A DNA stretch of 64,000 nucleotides from an uncultured Gammaproteobacteria bacterium (GCA_963764725.1 CAVXTM010000016.1:288001-352000); one strand, 5' to 3'. Shown: positions 42,552 through 54,378, counted from the stretch's first letter. The notes: generated by a model not told the origin, from the sequence alone. Translations and numbers: made by a program.

Positions 42552-44225
42552 ATGCCTCAATACGTTTATACCATGAATCGCGTCGGCAAGGTGGTTCCGC
42601 ACAAGCGGGTGATTCTACGCGATATCTCGTTATGTTTCTTCCCGGGGGCCAAAATCGGTGTGCTGGGACTCAACGGGGCCGGAAAATCGTCCTTATTGCG
42701 CATCATGGCCGGTATGGATAAGGACTATGACGGGGAAGCGATCCCGCAACCGGGGATCGCCATCGGTTTCCTTTCCCAGGAACCGCGGCTCGATCCCGGC
42801 AAGGACGTGCGCGGCAATGTGGAAGAGGCCATTGCGGGGAGCAAAGCGCTCCTCGACCGTTTCAATGCAATCTCGATGCGTTTCGCCGACCCGATGAGCG
42901 ATGAGGAGATGAACCGGCTGCTCGAGGAGCAGGCCACACTGCAAGAGGCGATCGACACGGCCGGCGCATGGGAGCTCGAACGCACACTTGAGATCGCCGC
43001 CGATGCGCTCAGGCTGCCGTCTTGGGACGCCGATGTGAGTCAGCTCTCCGGCGGGGAACGGCGCCGCGTCGCGCTTTGCCGGCTGCTGCTCTCACAGCCC
43101 GACATGCTGCTCCTGGATGAGCCCACCAACCATCTGGACGCAGAGTCCGTGGCCTGGCTCGAACGCTACCTTGCCGGCTATCCGGGAACGGTGATCGCGG
43201 TGACCCATGACCGTTACTTTCTGGACAATGTCGCCGGTTGGATCTTGGAGCTCGACCGGGGTTATGGGATCCCCTGGCAAGGGAACTATTCCTCGTGGCT
43301 GGAACAGAAACAGCAGCGGCTCGAACGCGAAGAGAAACAAGCGGAGGGCCGCCGCAAGGCCATGCTGCTCGAGCTAGAATGGGTGCGGACTAACCCAAAA
43401 GGACGGCACGCGAAAAGCAAGGCGCGGCTGCAACGCTTTCAGGAGCTTGCCTCACAGGAGTATCAGCACCGCAACGAGACCAACGAGATCTATATCCCGC
43501 CGGGTCCACGGCTCGGGGATTTAGTGATCGAGGTCTCGCATTTGCGCAAGGCCTACGGGGATCGGCTGCTCATCGATGATCTGAGCTTTAAATTGCCCCC
43601 CGGAGGTATCGTCGGCGTTATCGGCCCGAATGGGGCCGGCAAGACGACCTTATTTCGGATGCTGACCGGGCAGGAAGCGCTCGATGCGGGCGAGATCCGC
43701 ACAGGTGAGTCCGTGGTGCTCGCCTGTGTCGACCAGAGCCGCGATGCGTTGGCTGCCGAAAAAACCGTGTGGGAGGAGATCTCCGATGGACAGGACCTCC
43801 TACACGTGGGTAGCTACGAATGTCAGTCGCGATCGTACGTGGCCAGGTTCAATTTCAAGGGGGCGGATCAGCAAAAGCGGGTAGGAACGCTCTCCGGGGG
43901 CGAACGCAATCGCGTCCATCTCGCCAAAGTCCTGCGCCAGGGCGCGAATGTGTTACTCCTCGATGAACCGACCAACGACCTCGATGTCGAGACGCTCCGG
44001 GCCTTAGAGCAGGCGTTGCTGAATTTTCCGGGCTGCGCGGTGGTGATCTCGCACGATCGTTGGTTCTTGGACCGCGTGGCCACGCATATCCTGGCTTTCG
44101 AGGGCGACAGCCAGGTAATGTGGTTTGAAGGCAACTATGCCGGTTATGAAGCGGACCGGCATCGCCGGCTCGGCGGCGATGCGGATCAGCCCCATCGCGT
44201 CCATTATAAACCTCTCAAAGCGTAG
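42552..44225 (+). CDS. ettA: Energy-dependent translational throttle ABC-F protein
   Basis: [31 protein letters not shown], two ABC domains, [10 protein letters not shown] linker. Confidence 0.96.
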   Translation: MPQYVYTMNRVGKVVPHKRVILRDISLCFFPGAKIGVLGLNGAGKSSLLRIMAGMDKDYDGEAIPQPGIAIGFLSQEPRLDPGKDVRGNVEEAIAGSKALLDRFNAISMRFADPMSDEEMNRLLEEQATLQEAIDTAGAWELERTLEIAADALRLPSWDADVSQLSGGERRRVALCRLLLSQPDMLLLDEPTNHLDAESVAWLERYLAGYPGTVIAVTHDRYFLDNVAGWILELDRGYGIPWQGNYSSWLEQKQQRLEREEKQAEGRRKAMLLELEWVRTNPKGRHAKSKARLQRFQELASQEYQHRNETNEIYIPPGPRLGDLVIEVSHLRKAYGDRLLIDDLSFKLPPGGIVGVIGPNGAGKTTLFRMLTGQEALDAGEIRTGESVVLACVDQSRDALAAEKTVWEEISDGQDLLHVGSYECQSRSYVARFNFKGADQQKRVGTLSGGERNRVHLAKVLRQGANVLLLDEPTNDLDVETLRALEQALLNFPGCAVVISHDRWFLDRVATHILAFEGDSQVMWFEGNYAGYEADRHRRLGGDADQPHRVHYKPLKA

Positions 44226-44236
44226 ACCTCGGCGGG

Positions 44237-45280
44237 TCAGATCCCCAGCGCCCGGATCTGTGCGACGATCTGCTTGTGAAACCGCGGCGCGGCGCAAACG
44301 ATGCCGCGGTTGGCCGTAAGGCCCATCCCTTGTGAGAAGTCGAGGGGTTTGTTGTCGATGTCGGTGACGATTACGCCAGCCTCAACGGCGATTAACATCC
44401 CCGCGGCGTGATCCCAGATGTTTTCAACGTAATCGCCGCGCGTCGGCAAACGCAGATAGGCATCGGCTTGTCCGCGGGCGACGACGCCATATTTGCACTG
44501 GCTATCCAGCCGCGCGGCCGCGCCCCCGCCGCCGAGCGCGGCGATCACTCGCGCCGCGTCTCCCTGATTGGAATGCCCTGATTCGACCGATTCGCACACC
44601 CGCATTGGTCCTTGGTAGGCATTGGCCTCGAGGCGTTGGGGGGGTGCGTGAGCGGCGCTCGCCGGACGCACGAAGCAACCGCCGCCCGCGATGGCCGAGA
44701 AGATAAGGCCGCTCGGATCAGGTTGATCGAAGGGTCGGTCGAAATCGGCCGAGAGATTCGGGCATCCCATCACGCCCACCACCACTTTGCCGGCTTCGAT
44801 GTAGGCGAGGGAGACGGCGTATTGCCCGCGGCGTAGGAAGCCCTTGGTGCCGTCGATGGGGTCCACGGTCCAGTACGCCGAGGCAGTGGCATCGTGGTTG
44901 CCGAGATCGATGGCCGCGAGCACATCACTCTCGTGCGCCTCCGGCCACACCTCATGTACCGCGTGAATCACGGCGGCGCGCATCTCCGCGTCCGATCGCA
45001 ATAGCCCGCTGCTCTCTTCACCCACCAGGAGCGTATCCGGCAACGACTCCACCAGCCGCTGCGCCACGATCGACTGCACCGCGAAATCGGCTACCGTGAC
45101 AGGGCTCTTATCGCTCTTTAGGATCCTGCGCGTGGTTTCCAGCCGCGCTTGTATACTCCGGGCTACCCGGCACGCATCCCCGACGGCGGTGAGGCTGACT
45201 GAGAGGAGACGATTCAGGTCGCTCAAGGGGAGGGTGGTCGATGATCTCGTAGGAAGCACGGAGCGAAGCATAGTCCTCAA
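44237..45280 (-). CDS. 3'(2'),5'-bisphosphate nucleotidase (HAL2/SAL-like)
   Basis: KSDKSPVTVADF, GEE, DPIDGTKGFLR, LDSQCKY, ENIWDHAAG. Confidence 0.88.
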   Translation of the reverse strand: MRTMLRSVLPTRSSTTLPLSDLNRLLSVSLTAVGDACRVARSIQARLETTRRILKSDKSPVTVADFAVQSIVAQRLVESLPDTLLVGEESSGLLRSDAEMRAAVIHAVHEVWPEAHESDVLAAIDLGNHDATASAYWTVDPIDGTKGFLRRGQYAVSLAYIEAGKVVVGVMGCPNLSADFDRPFDQPDPSGLIFSAIAGGGCFVRPASAAHAPPQRLEANAYQGPMRVCESVESGHSNQGDAARVIAALGGGGAAARLDSQCKYGVVARGQADAYLRLPTRGDYVENIWDHAAGMLIAVEAGVIVTDIDNKPLDFSQGMGLTANRGIVCAAPRFHKQIVAQIRALGI

Positions 45281-45470
45281 TTCCTTAATAAAAAAATAAT
45301 CCGGCGGATGCGTGACGCTGAGCTTCCCCCGATGAGGAGTGCTCCACGGCGCGTCTCACATGAGCTTGAAAGATGTTACTGATCAAATCACGGATGCAAG
45401 AATCGCGTCAATCCTGAACACCCGGCTTTCTCGGCGCCAAGTCGTGGCCGCGGGCCTTCCCAAGAACCCC

Positions 45471-46409
45471 TTACGGCGCCTTTTCCAACCCCAGAAACGT
45501 ATTCAAGGTGTCGGTATTCTCCACGTTGTAGACCGTGGCATGCGTGGCGATCTCCCGCATCAGACCTTTCAACACCTTTCGAGGCCCCACCTCTACGAAG
45601 TTTGTGAGTCCGTCGTCGATAAGCCTTCTCATCGATGCGCTCCAGAGGACCGGCGCGGACACCTGCCGCTCGAGCGCCTCCCGGATCTCCTCAGGGGCCG
45701 AGACCCGCCCGGCGGTCGCGTTTGCCACCACCGGTAGTTCCGCCTTTTTGATTTCAGCGTCCGCGAGAGCTGCTCTCATCCTTCCACCGGCTGCGGCCAT
45801 GAACTTGCTGTGCCATGCACCGCTCACCTTGAGGGGGATAACCATTCGCGCCCCGGCTTTCTTCAAAAGCTCCACCGCCCTTTCGATCCCGCTAGCCTCG
45901 CCGGTGAGTATGGTCTGGAGAGGGGAGTTGAAATTCGCCGGGGCGACGTAGCCTGCCGTGAGTGCCTCCTCGCAGATCATGGTCACCTTCTCGGCCCCCA
46001 ACCCGATGACTGCCACCATGCCCCCAGGGTTTTTCTCGGCCGCTTCCTGCATGAAAAGCGCTCTTTTTCTTACCAGATCCATCATGGTCCCGAAGGTCAT
46101 CGCTCCCGCCGCGTATAAAGCCGTGTATTCACCCAGACTATGGCCTGCCAGCGCATGCGGCTCTATGCCTTGCTGCTTCAGAACGCATAGGCATGCGGCG
46201 TTCACCAAAGCAACCGCGGGCTGGGCCATCTCGGTACGCTTCAGCACCTCGTCAGGGCCGTTGAAGCAGAGATCTGTCATGTGCATCGCCGTGGTTTCCG
46301 ACGCCTCCTCGAACAAGGCTCGCACTTCCGGATGGTGCTCATAAAGATCCCTGCCCATGCCAGTGTATTGGGATCCCTGTCCGGGGAACAGAAAAGCTAT
46401 CTTGTTCAT
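45471..46409 (-). CDS. fabD: ACP S-malonyltransferase
   Basis: FPGQGSQ, GHSLGEY, ANFNSP, VSGAWHS, EVGP. Confidence 0.93.
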   Translation of the reverse strand: MNKIAFLFPGQGSQYTGMGRDLYEHHPEVRALFEEASETTAMHMTDLCFNGPDEVLKRTEMAQPAVALVNAACLCVLKQQGIEPHALAGHSLGEYTALYAAGAMTFGTMMDLVRKRALFMQEAAEKNPGGMVAVIGLGAEKVTMICEEALTAGYVAPANFNSPLQTILTGEASGIERAVELLKKAGARMVIPLKVSGAWHSKFMAAAGGRMRAALADAEIKKAELPVVANATAGRVSAPEEIREALERQVSAPVLWSASMRRLIDDGLTNFVEVGPRKVLKGLMREIATHATVYNVENTDTLNTFLGLEKAP

Positions 46410-46462
46410 CACGTGTTGGTCGTAAACGAGATCCTGTGGCCCATGGCCGCCGGCCCAAGCTC

Positions 46463-47752
46463 TCACAGCAGGATCTCCCGGATATCGCAGAGCACCTCGC
46501 TCAAATACCGGCAAAACTCCGCGGCGGCGACACCGTCGATCACGCGATGATCGTATGAGAGCGACAGCGGCAAGGTAAGCCGCGGTATGAAGCTCCCATC
46601 GCGGTACACCGGTTTCATCGTTGCGCGCGATACTCCCAAAATCGCAACTTCGGGGAAGCTCACGAGCGGGGTAAAGCCGGTACCGCCCATGGCGCCTAAG
46701 CTCGAGATGGTAAAGCAACCGCCTTGTAGCTCGCGCAAGTCGAGTTTTCCCTCACGCGCCCGCGCGCCGAGACCCTGAAGCTCTCCCGCCAATTGCAACA
46801 GACCCTTCTGATCGGCATCGCGTACGACGGGCACAAGTAAGCCCTGCTCGGTGTTGACCGCCATGCCGATGTGAAAGTATTTCTTAAGGACCAGCGCTTC
46901 GCCATCGGTCGTGAGCGAGGCATTGAATTCGGGGAAGCGCTTGAGCGCGGCTACCGCGGCTTTCACCAGGAAGGCAAGATAGGTCAACTTGATATTTTGC
47001 TTGGCGGCTTCCTGCAGCTTCGAGCGGCGAAACTCCTCAAGATCCGTGATATCCGCCTCATCGAATTGCGTGACCTGCGGGACGGTGATCCAACTGCGTT
47101 GCAGGGTTTGTCCCGTGCTGCGCTTGACCTTCGACAGCGGCCGCAATTCCGTCTTGCCGTATCTAGAAAAATCCACAGCCGTGACCGCCGGCATCACACC
47201 GGCCGCTCCGTCCAAGTGAGCGCCGGAGAGCGCCTTGCGGGTAAAGGCTTTAACATCTTCTTTCAGGATCCGGCCCTTGGGACCGCTGCCTTGGACGAGC
47301 CCAAGATCGACGCCCAGCTCGCGCGCGGCCCGCCGCACCGAGGGACTGGCATGGGAGCGGGCCGAACGGCTCCCGCGGACCATCTCCGCACCTTGCGGAA
47401 GCCCGGCCGGCGGTACCCGCGTTGCGGCGGCAGGGCGTGGATCTTCCTTGGGCGTCGGGCGTGAGGCCACTGGCGCCGGGGCATCCACGATGTCCGCGAC
47501 CGGAGCATCGTCCGCCGGACTCAATACCAGGATTGCCGATCCCTCCGATACCTTTTCACCGACTTTGACGCGGATGTCTTTAACGATCCCGGCATAGGGA
47601 GAGGGGACCTCCATGGCCGCCTTATCGCTCTCTACGGTGATGAGCGGCGTCTCCACCTGGATTGTATCGCCCGGTTTGACCAGAATTTCGATGACATCGA
47701 TATCTTTGAAGTCACCGATGTCGGGCACGAGGACTTCGCGTTCAGCCGTCAT
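46463..47752 (-). CDS. aceF: Pyruvate dehydrogenase E2 (single lipoyl domain)
   Basis: [28 protein letters not shown]. Confidence 0.93.
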   Translation of the reverse strand: MTAEREVLVPDIGDFKDIDVIEILVKPGDTIQVETPLITVESDKAAMEVPSPYAGIVKDIRVKVGEKVSEGSAILVLSPADDAPVADIVDAPAPVASRPTPKEDPRPAAATRVPPAGLPQGAEMVRGSRSARSHASPSVRRAARELGVDLGLVQGSGPKGRILKEDVKAFTRKALSGAHLDGAAGVMPAVTAVDFSRYGKTELRPLSKVKRSTGQTLQRSWITVPQVTQFDEADITDLEEFRRSKLQEAAKQNIKLTYLAFLVKAAVAALKRFPEFNASLTTDGEALVLKKYFHIGMAVNTEQGLLVPVVRDADQKGLLQLAGELQGLGARAREGKLDLRELQGGCFTISSLGAMGGTGFTPLVSFPEVAILGVSRATMKPVYRDGSFIPRLTLPLSLSYDHRVIDGVAAAEFCRYLSEVLCDIREILL

Positions 47753-47984
47753 GGATCCCAATGTACCCGATCGGCGCGCGGCTGTTAATGCGGCCGAGTT
47801 GAAATGATTGGCTTCTTGGCAAAATCTATGGGTATTCCGTTATCGCCCTTTCCCACCGGGAGAGCAACCGTGTTTGACAGCTAAATAGGTTCAGTCGTAT
47901 CTTCCCTTTAGAAATAAGGGGTTTTGAAAATTCGTAGCGCGGCCTCTGGCCGCAACCAAATGGCAGGCGAAACTTCTTTGCCAA

Positions 47985-49922
47985 ATGCAGGCTGAAAAAT
48001 CTCCGCTAGCCCTTCTTTTTCAAAGCGGGGGACCTACGCCACGTCCCCTCTTACCAAGGGGGGACCGCAGGGGGGCTACCGTCGTCGCACTACTGCTCGT
48101 CTGCACCATCCTCTCCGCCTGCGCCGCCCCCGTCGGCGTGACGCGGATGGGTGCCCAAGACGTCAACCGCTCTCTGACCAGTAGTGTCGTGTCGAGCGGC
48201 GATCTCAGCGGCCCGACGCAGATCGCTCTGCGGCGCCACGATCTCACCGAGAGATTCGACGACGACCCGGAGGCAGCAATGCGCGCGCTGCACGCCGAGG
48301 TAGCAACCGGCGAGCTCGATCCGGGCGAGGCCTACGCCCTGGCAGAACTGTCCTACTACCATGCCGAAGCGACCGAGCAACGTCCTTACTATTTCGCCGC
48401 TGCCGCCTACGCCTACGCGTTCCTTTTCCCCGAACGCGAAGAGGATCAGGTCGACCGCATCGATCCGCGCGTACGCGTCGCCTGCGACATCTACAACATG
48501 GCCATCGCCCGTGCCTTCGCATCGGAGGACGGCGATCACGTCGAACTGCGCGGCGGGCACTTCCCGCTGCCGTTCGGCACGTTGACCGTAGCCTTCGATC
48601 CCGCCGACCTGATCTGGGGCAAGCGCAAACTGGTCGATCTCATACCTTCGGCCGAACTCGCCGTACGCGGACTGCAGAACCGCTACCGCCGCGGCGGCGT
48701 CGGCGCGCCGCTGGCGGCGCGCACCGAACCGATCGATCCGAGTCAACCGCTCGCCGACTTCATCGCGCCCGGCGTGCGCGTGCCGGGAACCGCCGTCCTG
48801 CGCTTCGAACCCCCACTGCTGCGGGGTTCCGAGCTAAACGCAACGCTCGATCTGTACACCGAAATCGAGACCGACACCGTGACCCTGGGCGGACAGGTGG
48901 TGCCGCTCGAATCGGAACCCAGCGCGGCGTTGGCAATGGCGCTGGCCGAATCGCAATTCTGGAAGCTGGAGCTGCAAGGCCTGCTCGGCAAGATGCTAAA
49001 CGTCTCGCGCGACAGCCGGCTGTTCGCGCGGTCACCGCATCGGCCCGGACGGATCCCGGTCGTCTTCGTCCACGGCACCGGCTCGAGCCCGGCGCGCTGG
49101 GCTGACATGGTCAACGACCTCAGCTCCGACACGGAGATCAGCAAGCGCTTCGAGTTCTGGTTCTTCACCTATGACTCCGGCAACCCCATCCCCTATTCGG
49201 CGATGATCCTGCGCCGATCGCTGCAGGACGCGGTGAAGAATCTCGACCCGAGCGGAACCGACAAGTGTCTGCGCGACATGGTCGTCATCGGGCACAGCCA
49301 GGGAGGGTTGTTGACGAAGATGACCGCCATCGATTCCGGCGACAAGTTCTGGGAGAACATCAACTCCAAGCCGTTCGATGAGGTGAATCTCTCCGACGCG
49401 ACGCGCAGTATCGTGCGCGACGCGCTGTTCATCGAGCCCCTCCCCTTCGTCAAACGCGTCATCTTCGTCGCCACGCCGCACCGCGGCAGCTACCTCGCCG
49501 GGCCGCAGATCATTCTCCGCCTTGCGGAACGGCTCATCAGCCTGCCGGGGGACGTCCTCGAGCTCGGCGCCGAGCTGATTCGGGTGAACGACGCGAGCGA
49601 CTCGTACCTCACGCTCGAACGCATCCCGACCAGCATCGACAACATGTCGCCGAACAACCGGTTTATCAAAACGATCTCGACCATCCCGATCGATCCCGGC
49701 ATCAAGGCGCACTCGATCATCCCGGTGGAAACCGACGGTTCGATCGAGGACGGCAACGACGGCGTCGTCGAGTACACGAGCGCAAATATCGAGGGCGTCG
49801 AGTCTGAGCTGGTGGTCCACTCGAATCACTCATGTCAGGCCAATCCGCATACCGTGGGAGAGGTCTGGCGGATTCTGCGCCTGCATGCCGAGGAGGCGTC
49901 ATGCAGTGCCGGTGCCCCGTGA
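47985..49922 (+). CDS. Alpha/beta-hydrolase lipoprotein
   Basis: Lipobox ILSAC, VFVHGTGSS, GHSQG, TPHRGS, DGVV, HS. Confidence 0.82.
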   Translation: MQAEKSPLALLFQSGGPTPRPLLPRGDRRGATVVALLLVCTILSACAAPVGVTRMGAQDVNRSLTSSVVSSGDLSGPTQIALRRHDLTERFDDDPEAAMRALHAEVATGELDPGEAYALAELSYYHAEATEQRPYYFAAAAYAYAFLFPEREEDQVDRIDPRVRVACDIYNMAIARAFASEDGDHVELRGGHFPLPFGTLTVAFDPADLIWGKRKLVDLIPSAELAVRGLQNRYRRGGVGAPLAARTEPIDPSQPLADFIAPGVRVPGTAVLRFEPPLLRGSELNATLDLYTEIETDTVTLGGQVVPLESEPSAALAMALAESQFWKLELQGLLGKMLNVSRDSRLFARSPHRPGRIPVVFVHGTGSSPARWADMVNDLSSDTEISKRFEFWFFTYDSGNPIPYSAMILRRSLQDAVKNLDPSGTDKCLRDMVVIGHSQGGLLTKMTAIDSGDKFWENINSKPFDEVNLSDATRSIVRDALFIEPLPFVKRVIFVATPHRGSYLAGPQIILRLAERLISLPGDVLELGAELIRVNDASDSYLTLERIPTSIDNMSPNNRFIKTISTIPIDPGIKAHSIIPVETDGSIEDGNDGVVEYTSANIEGVESELVVHSNHSCQANPHTVGEVWRILRLHAEEASCSAGAP

Positions 49923-49928
49923 CTCCAC

Positions 49929-50732
49929 ATGAGAAGGTTGCTTTTTGCAATGGCTTTGGCGTCGCTGGCCGTTGTGTCGGGATGCACAGTGCCGAGCGAA
50001 GAAATGGCGAGCGAGAACGAACCTGCTGCAACGTCGCTACCGAAGGTCTACCAGGTGGATTCGGTCGCGATCAATCGGCCCGGGAAGCCTGGCCCTCTCA
50101 CGATATGTGTGGAGGCAACGGCCCAGACTCCGGGATACACGAATGTGAGGTTGGAGCCCGCCACCACTGCCACACCTCCTGACGGGATCTATGATCTGAA
50201 CCTGGTTGGGGACGCGCCCACCGAGTCTGTGCTCCAGGTACTTACGCCCATCACGGTGCGCCATTCCTGGCTAGATTTTCCGGCAGACTTGAAGGCCGTT
50301 CGCATCGTGGCTGCATCCAATGCGAGCATCGCCCGACTCGGCGAAGAGGCAAAAGGCTGTTCGCCCGATGCCGCCCGGCAGCCCGCAGGATCGAGCCAGA
50401 CCTTGATCGGCGGCACATGGCTCGCCGAGGACATCCGCGGAGGCGGCGTCATCGACAACGCCCAGTCCACCATCAGCTTCGCTCCAGAGGGAAGCGCTGC
50501 CGGCTCGGGCGGCTGCAACAGGTTCCGTGGACCGGCGAAGCTTGAAGGCACCACGGTTACGATTGGCCCACTCGCCGCCACCCGCATGGCCTGCGCCCCC
50601 GCCCTCATGGATCAGGAGCAGAAGTTCCTTGCCGCGCTCGAGGCCGCGAGGTCGTTTCGACTTGAGGGAACTCTCCTGAAGCTTCTCGACGAGGCCGGGA
50701 GTGAAATCATGAGCCTCACACGCCTGCCATAA
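49929..50732 (+). CDS. Lipoprotein with C-terminal META domain
   Basis: VSGC lipobox; GSGGCNRFRG, ATRMAC..MDQEQKFLAAL. Confidence 0.85.
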   Translation: MRRLLFAMALASLAVVSGCTVPSEEMASENEPAATSLPKVYQVDSVAINRPGKPGPLTICVEATAQTPGYTNVRLEPATTATPPDGIYDLNLVGDAPTESVLQVLTPITVRHSWLDFPADLKAVRIVAASNASIARLGEEAKGCSPDAARQPAGSSQTLIGGTWLAEDIRGGGVIDNAQSTISFAPEGSAAGSGGCNRFRGPAKLEGTTVTIGPLAATRMACAPALMDQEQKFLAALEAARSFRLEGTLLKLLDEAGSEIMSLTRLP

Positions 50733-50934
50733 TTGCTACAGCCGATTGAGGAGTGAATGCAGCGATGATGTACGGCGAATCGCCCCGATGAATATCCAAT
50801 GCGATCCTGTGTGGCCTGCACGGTTACCATGGCGCTTCGTGCGCGCCACTGCCTCACCTGGTCATGGAAATCCGAAGAGTCTACGTTACCGGCGCGAAAA
50901 AGCATGGCATTTTCCTTAAGGAGAGCTGCGTCGG

Positions 50935-51639
50935 ATGATTAGATTACATCAATTCAAACGCCAATGGGGGATTGCCAATCCCAGCCCCTTCTGCATGAAG
51001 GTCGAGACCTATTTGCGTATGACGGGGCTTGCGTACGAGGTCATCGAGGAAGGTTCTCCTTTAAACGCCCCCAAGAAGAAACTGCCTTACATAAACGACG
51101 GGGAGAAGGTGATCCCGGACTCGGGTTTCATCATCGACTACCTCAAGGTGAGCTACGGAAACCCCCTCGACGGCGGCCTGTCGCGCGCGCAGCAAGCCGA
51201 AGCACACCTGTTGCGGCGGTTATGCGAAGAAAGCCTGCTTTGGCCTGTCGTGTATTCGCGTTGGATCGACTCTAGCGGGTGGAGCGTCATCAAACCGGCC
51301 TTCTTTGGCGCCTTGCCTCCCGTGCTGCGGGAGGCCGTGCCCTGGCTCGCGCAACGGCGCGTCAAACGCATGCTGTGGCTGCAAGGCATGGGCCGTCACC
51401 GGCCCGAGGAGATCTATCGCCTGGGCATCGAGGATCTCGCGGCGATCGCCGCCTGCTTAGGAGACAAGTCCTTTTTCTTCGGCACGGCACCGACCTCGAT
51501 CGATGCCGCGGTCTATGCGACCCTCGCCAATATCATCGCTCCGCCGATCGCATCGCCTCTCAAAGACCATGCCTTATCTCAGGAGAATGTCATCGCCTAT
51601 TGCGAACGGATGCGTGAGCGCTACTACGGCGCAGTTTAG
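50935..51639 (+). CDS. Glutathione S-transferase family (metaxin/FAX-like)
   Basis: SPFCMKVETYLR, PKKKLPYI, DSGFII, PTSIDAAVY. Confidence 0.88.
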   Translation: MIRLHQFKRQWGIANPSPFCMKVETYLRMTGLAYEVIEEGSPLNAPKKKLPYINDGEKVIPDSGFIIDYLKVSYGNPLDGGLSRAQQAEAHLLRRLCEESLLWPVVYSRWIDSSGWSVIKPAFFGALPPVLREAVPWLAQRRVKRMLWLQGMGRHRPEEIYRLGIEDLAAIAACLGDKSFFFGTAPTSIDAAVYATLANIIAPPIASPLKDHALSQENVIAYCERMRERYYGAV

Positions 51640-54287
51640 GCTTTAACGGGACTCGGTTTCTCAGGGTCAAGGCCGTATTTCCGCAGGGCCTCGATGACGA
51701 TGCTATGCGGCACGCCGCCTTCATCGGCCAGTGCGCTCAGCGCCGCGACGGTGATGTAGTAACGGCTCACCTCGAAAAACTCCCGCAGCTTGGCGCGGGT
51801 ATCGCTCCGGCCGTAACCGTCAGTGCCGAGCACGACGTACCGCCGAGGCACGAAGCAGCGGATCTGGTCGGCGTAGGCTTTCATGTAGTCGCTCGCGGCG
51901 ATCACCGGACCGGATCGTTCCTTCAGGCAGGCGCTGACATAGCTCACCTTGGGCGTGGCCTGCGGATGGTGTCGATTCCAGCGCTCGCACTCGAGCCCCT
52001 CGCGCCGCAACTCGGTAAAGCTGGTCACACTCCACACATCGGAGCCGATATTGAAATCCTGTTCGAGCAGCCGGGCGGCGGCGAGGACTTCATGGAGGAT
52101 GGCGCCCGAGCCCAGGAGTTGGACCTTGCCCTCAGTGCCGGCATCCTTAAACCGGTACATGCCGCGCAGCACGCCTTCCTCACTGCCCTCGGGTTTCCCG
52201 GGGTGAGCATAGTTCTCGTTGGTCACAGTGAGGTAGTAGAAGATGTCTTCCTGCAACTCAACCATGCGCCGCAACCCTTCTTGCACGATGAGTGCAATCT
52301 CGAACGCGAAGGTCGGATCGTAGCCGATGCAGCTTGGGAGACTGGCCGCGAGCAGATGGCTATGTCCATCCTGGTGCTGAAGGCCTTCCCCGGCCAAGGT
52401 GGTGCGTCCTGAAGTCCCGCCGATGAGAAACCCACGCGCGCGGCTATCGCCCGCGGCCCACAATAGATCACCGATGCGTTGAAACCCGAACATGGAGTAA
52501 AAGATAAAGAAGGGAACCATCTGCACGCCGTGGTTGCTGTATGAGGTCCCCGCGGCGATCCAAGACGAGATCGATCCCGCCTCGGTGATACCTTCTTCGA
52601 GGATTTGCCCGCCGCGGTCTTCACGGTAATACAGCAATTGACCGTAGTCCACGGGTTCGTAGAGCTGGCCCACGGAGGAGTAAATACCGAACTGCCGGAA
52701 CATGCCTTCCATGCCGAAGGTGCGCGCTTCATCGGCCACGATGGGAACGACGTGCCGGCCAATGGCTGGATCTTTGATCAAACCGGTCAACAGGCGCACG
52801 AAGGCCATGGTCGTGGAGATCTCTCGTCCCTCGGTCCCCTTGAGCAGAGGCTCGAAGGTACGCGCTTCCGGAAACTGAAGTGGCGGGGCCGCGCGCCGGC
52901 GCTGGGGGAGATCCCCGCCGAGGGCCTGGCGGCGCTCGGCGAGATAGCGCCGCTCGGGGCTGTCTTCGGGTGGTCGATAGAAGGGCGCCGCGGCTATGGC
53001 TTCATCCGAAATTGGGATATTGAAGCGGTCCCGGAAGCCTTTGAGCGCCTCCTCGCCCATCTTCTTCTGCTGGTGGGTGAAATTCTGTCCCTCGCCCGAC
53101 TCGCCCATGCCGTAGCCCTTGATCGTCTTGGCGAGGATCACGGTCGGCTGGCCGCTGTGCTTAACCGCCTGCGCATAAGCGGCGTAGACCTTATGGGGAT
53201 CGTGACCGCCGCGGTTGAGGCGCCACAGATCCGCATCGCTCATATTCGCGACCAGGGCCTTGAGCTCCGGATACTTGCCGAAGAAATGCGCGCGCACATA
53301 ATCGCCGCCCTTGGCGGCGTAGGCCTGGTAGTCGCCGTCCACGCACTCCTCCATCCGCTTGAGCAGAAGACCGCCGGTGTCGCGCGCGATGAGCGGATCC
53401 CAGTAAGAGCCCCAGATCACCTTGATGACGTTCCAACCGGCCCCGCGAAAAACCGCTTCGAGCTCTTGAATGATCTTGCCGTTTCCGCGCACCGGACCGT
53501 CGAGCCGCTGTAGATTACAGTTGATGACGAAGATGAGATTGTCGAGCCGTTCGCGCGCGCCGAGGCTGATCGCGCCCAAGGATTCCGGCTCATCCATCTC
53601 GCCGTCGCCGATGAAAGCCCAGACTCTACGATCGCTTCCGTCAACCAGCCCGCGATCGTGAAGGTAGCGCATGAAGCGGGCTTGATAGATGGCCATGATG
53701 GGCGTGAGCCCCATGGAGACGGTCGGGAATTGCCAGAAGTCCGGCATCAGCCGCGGGTGAGGATAAGATGAGAGCCCCTTCCCGGCGATCTCGCGGCGGA
53801 AGTAGCGCAATTGCTCCTCATTGAGCCTTCCTTCGACGAAGGCGCGCGCATAGAGGCCGGGCGCCGAATGACCCTGAAAATAAACCAGATCTCCGCCGTG
53901 GTGGGGGCTCGGCGCGCGAAAAAAATGGTTGAACCCCACATCATACAGCGTGGCGCAGGAGGCAAAGCTTGCGATGTGGCCGCCAATCCCTGGGTTGTCC
54001 CGGTTCGCTTGCACCACCATCGCCATAGCGTTCCAGCGGATGATGGATCGGATCCGCCATTCGATCGCCGCATCCCCCGGCGAGCGTTCCTCCTTCGAGG
54101 GTGGGATGGTGTTTAGATAGGCGGTGTTGGCCGAATAGGGTAGATAGGCTCCGGAGCGGCGCGCTTTCTCGACCAGCTTCTCCAGCAGAAAGTGGGCCCG
54201 CCCGGCGCCCCCGCGCTCGATGACAGCCTCGATCGATTCGATCCACTCTTGGGTCTCTTGGGGGTCCGGGTCGGGGTGATTTTCCAT
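51636..54287 (-). CDS. aceE: Pyruvate dehydrogenase E1 (homodimeric)
   Basis: DPDPQETQEW, YFQGHSAPG, GDGEMDEPES, LQHQDGHS. Confidence 0.97.
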   Translation of the reverse strand: MENHPDPDPQETQEWIESIEAVIERGGAGRAHFLLEKLVEKARRSGAYLPYSANTAYLNTIPPSKEERSPGDAAIEWRIRSIIRWNAMAMVVQANRDNPGIGGHIASFASCATLYDVGFNHFFRAPSPHHGGDLVYFQGHSAPGLYARAFVEGRLNEEQLRYFRREIAGKGLSSYPHPRLMPDFWQFPTVSMGLTPIMAIYQARFMRYLHDRGLVDGSDRRVWAFIGDGEMDEPESLGAISLGARERLDNLIFVINCNLQRLDGPVRGNGKIIQELEAVFRGAGWNVIKVIWGSYWDPLIARDTGGLLLKRMEECVDGDYQAYAAKGGDYVRAHFFGKYPELKALVANMSDADLWRLNRGGHDPHKVYAAYAQAVKHSGQPTVILAKTIKGYGMGESGEGQNFTHQQKKMGEEALKGFRDRFNIPISDEAIAAAPFYRPPEDSPERRYLAERRQALGGDLPQRRRAAPPLQFPEARTFEPLLKGTEGREISTTMAFVRLLTGLIKDPAIGRHVVPIVADEARTFGMEGMFRQFGIYSSVGQLYEPVDYGQLLYYREDRGGQILEEGITEAGSISSWIAAGTSYSNHGVQMVPFFIFYSMFGFQRIGDLLWAAGDSRARGFLIGGTSGRTTLAGEGLQHQDGHSHLLAASLPSCIGYDPTFAFEIALIVQEGLRRMVELQEDIFYYLTVTNENYAHPGKPEGSEEGVLRGMYRFKDAGTEGKVQLLGSGAILHEVLAAARLLEQDFNIGSDVWSVTSFTELRREGLECERWNRHHPQATPKVSYVSACLKERSGPVIAASDYMKAYADQIRCFVPRRYVVLGTDGYGRSDTRAKLREFFEVSRYYITVAALSALADEGGVPHSIVIEALRKYGLDPEKPSPVKA

Positions 54288-54378
54288 ATGATTCTCTCGG
54301 CTTCAACGTGATCTTAGTTCACCGGTCGGCGGTGTTACCAGGCGCACACCGGGATCCGCTTCAAGTATACTTAGGGCT

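Noticed and set aside
46456-46465. TGAGAGCTTG at the aceF stop resembling the MITE end
   Set aside because: Only a 10-bp match; could be chance, so not counted as a copy.
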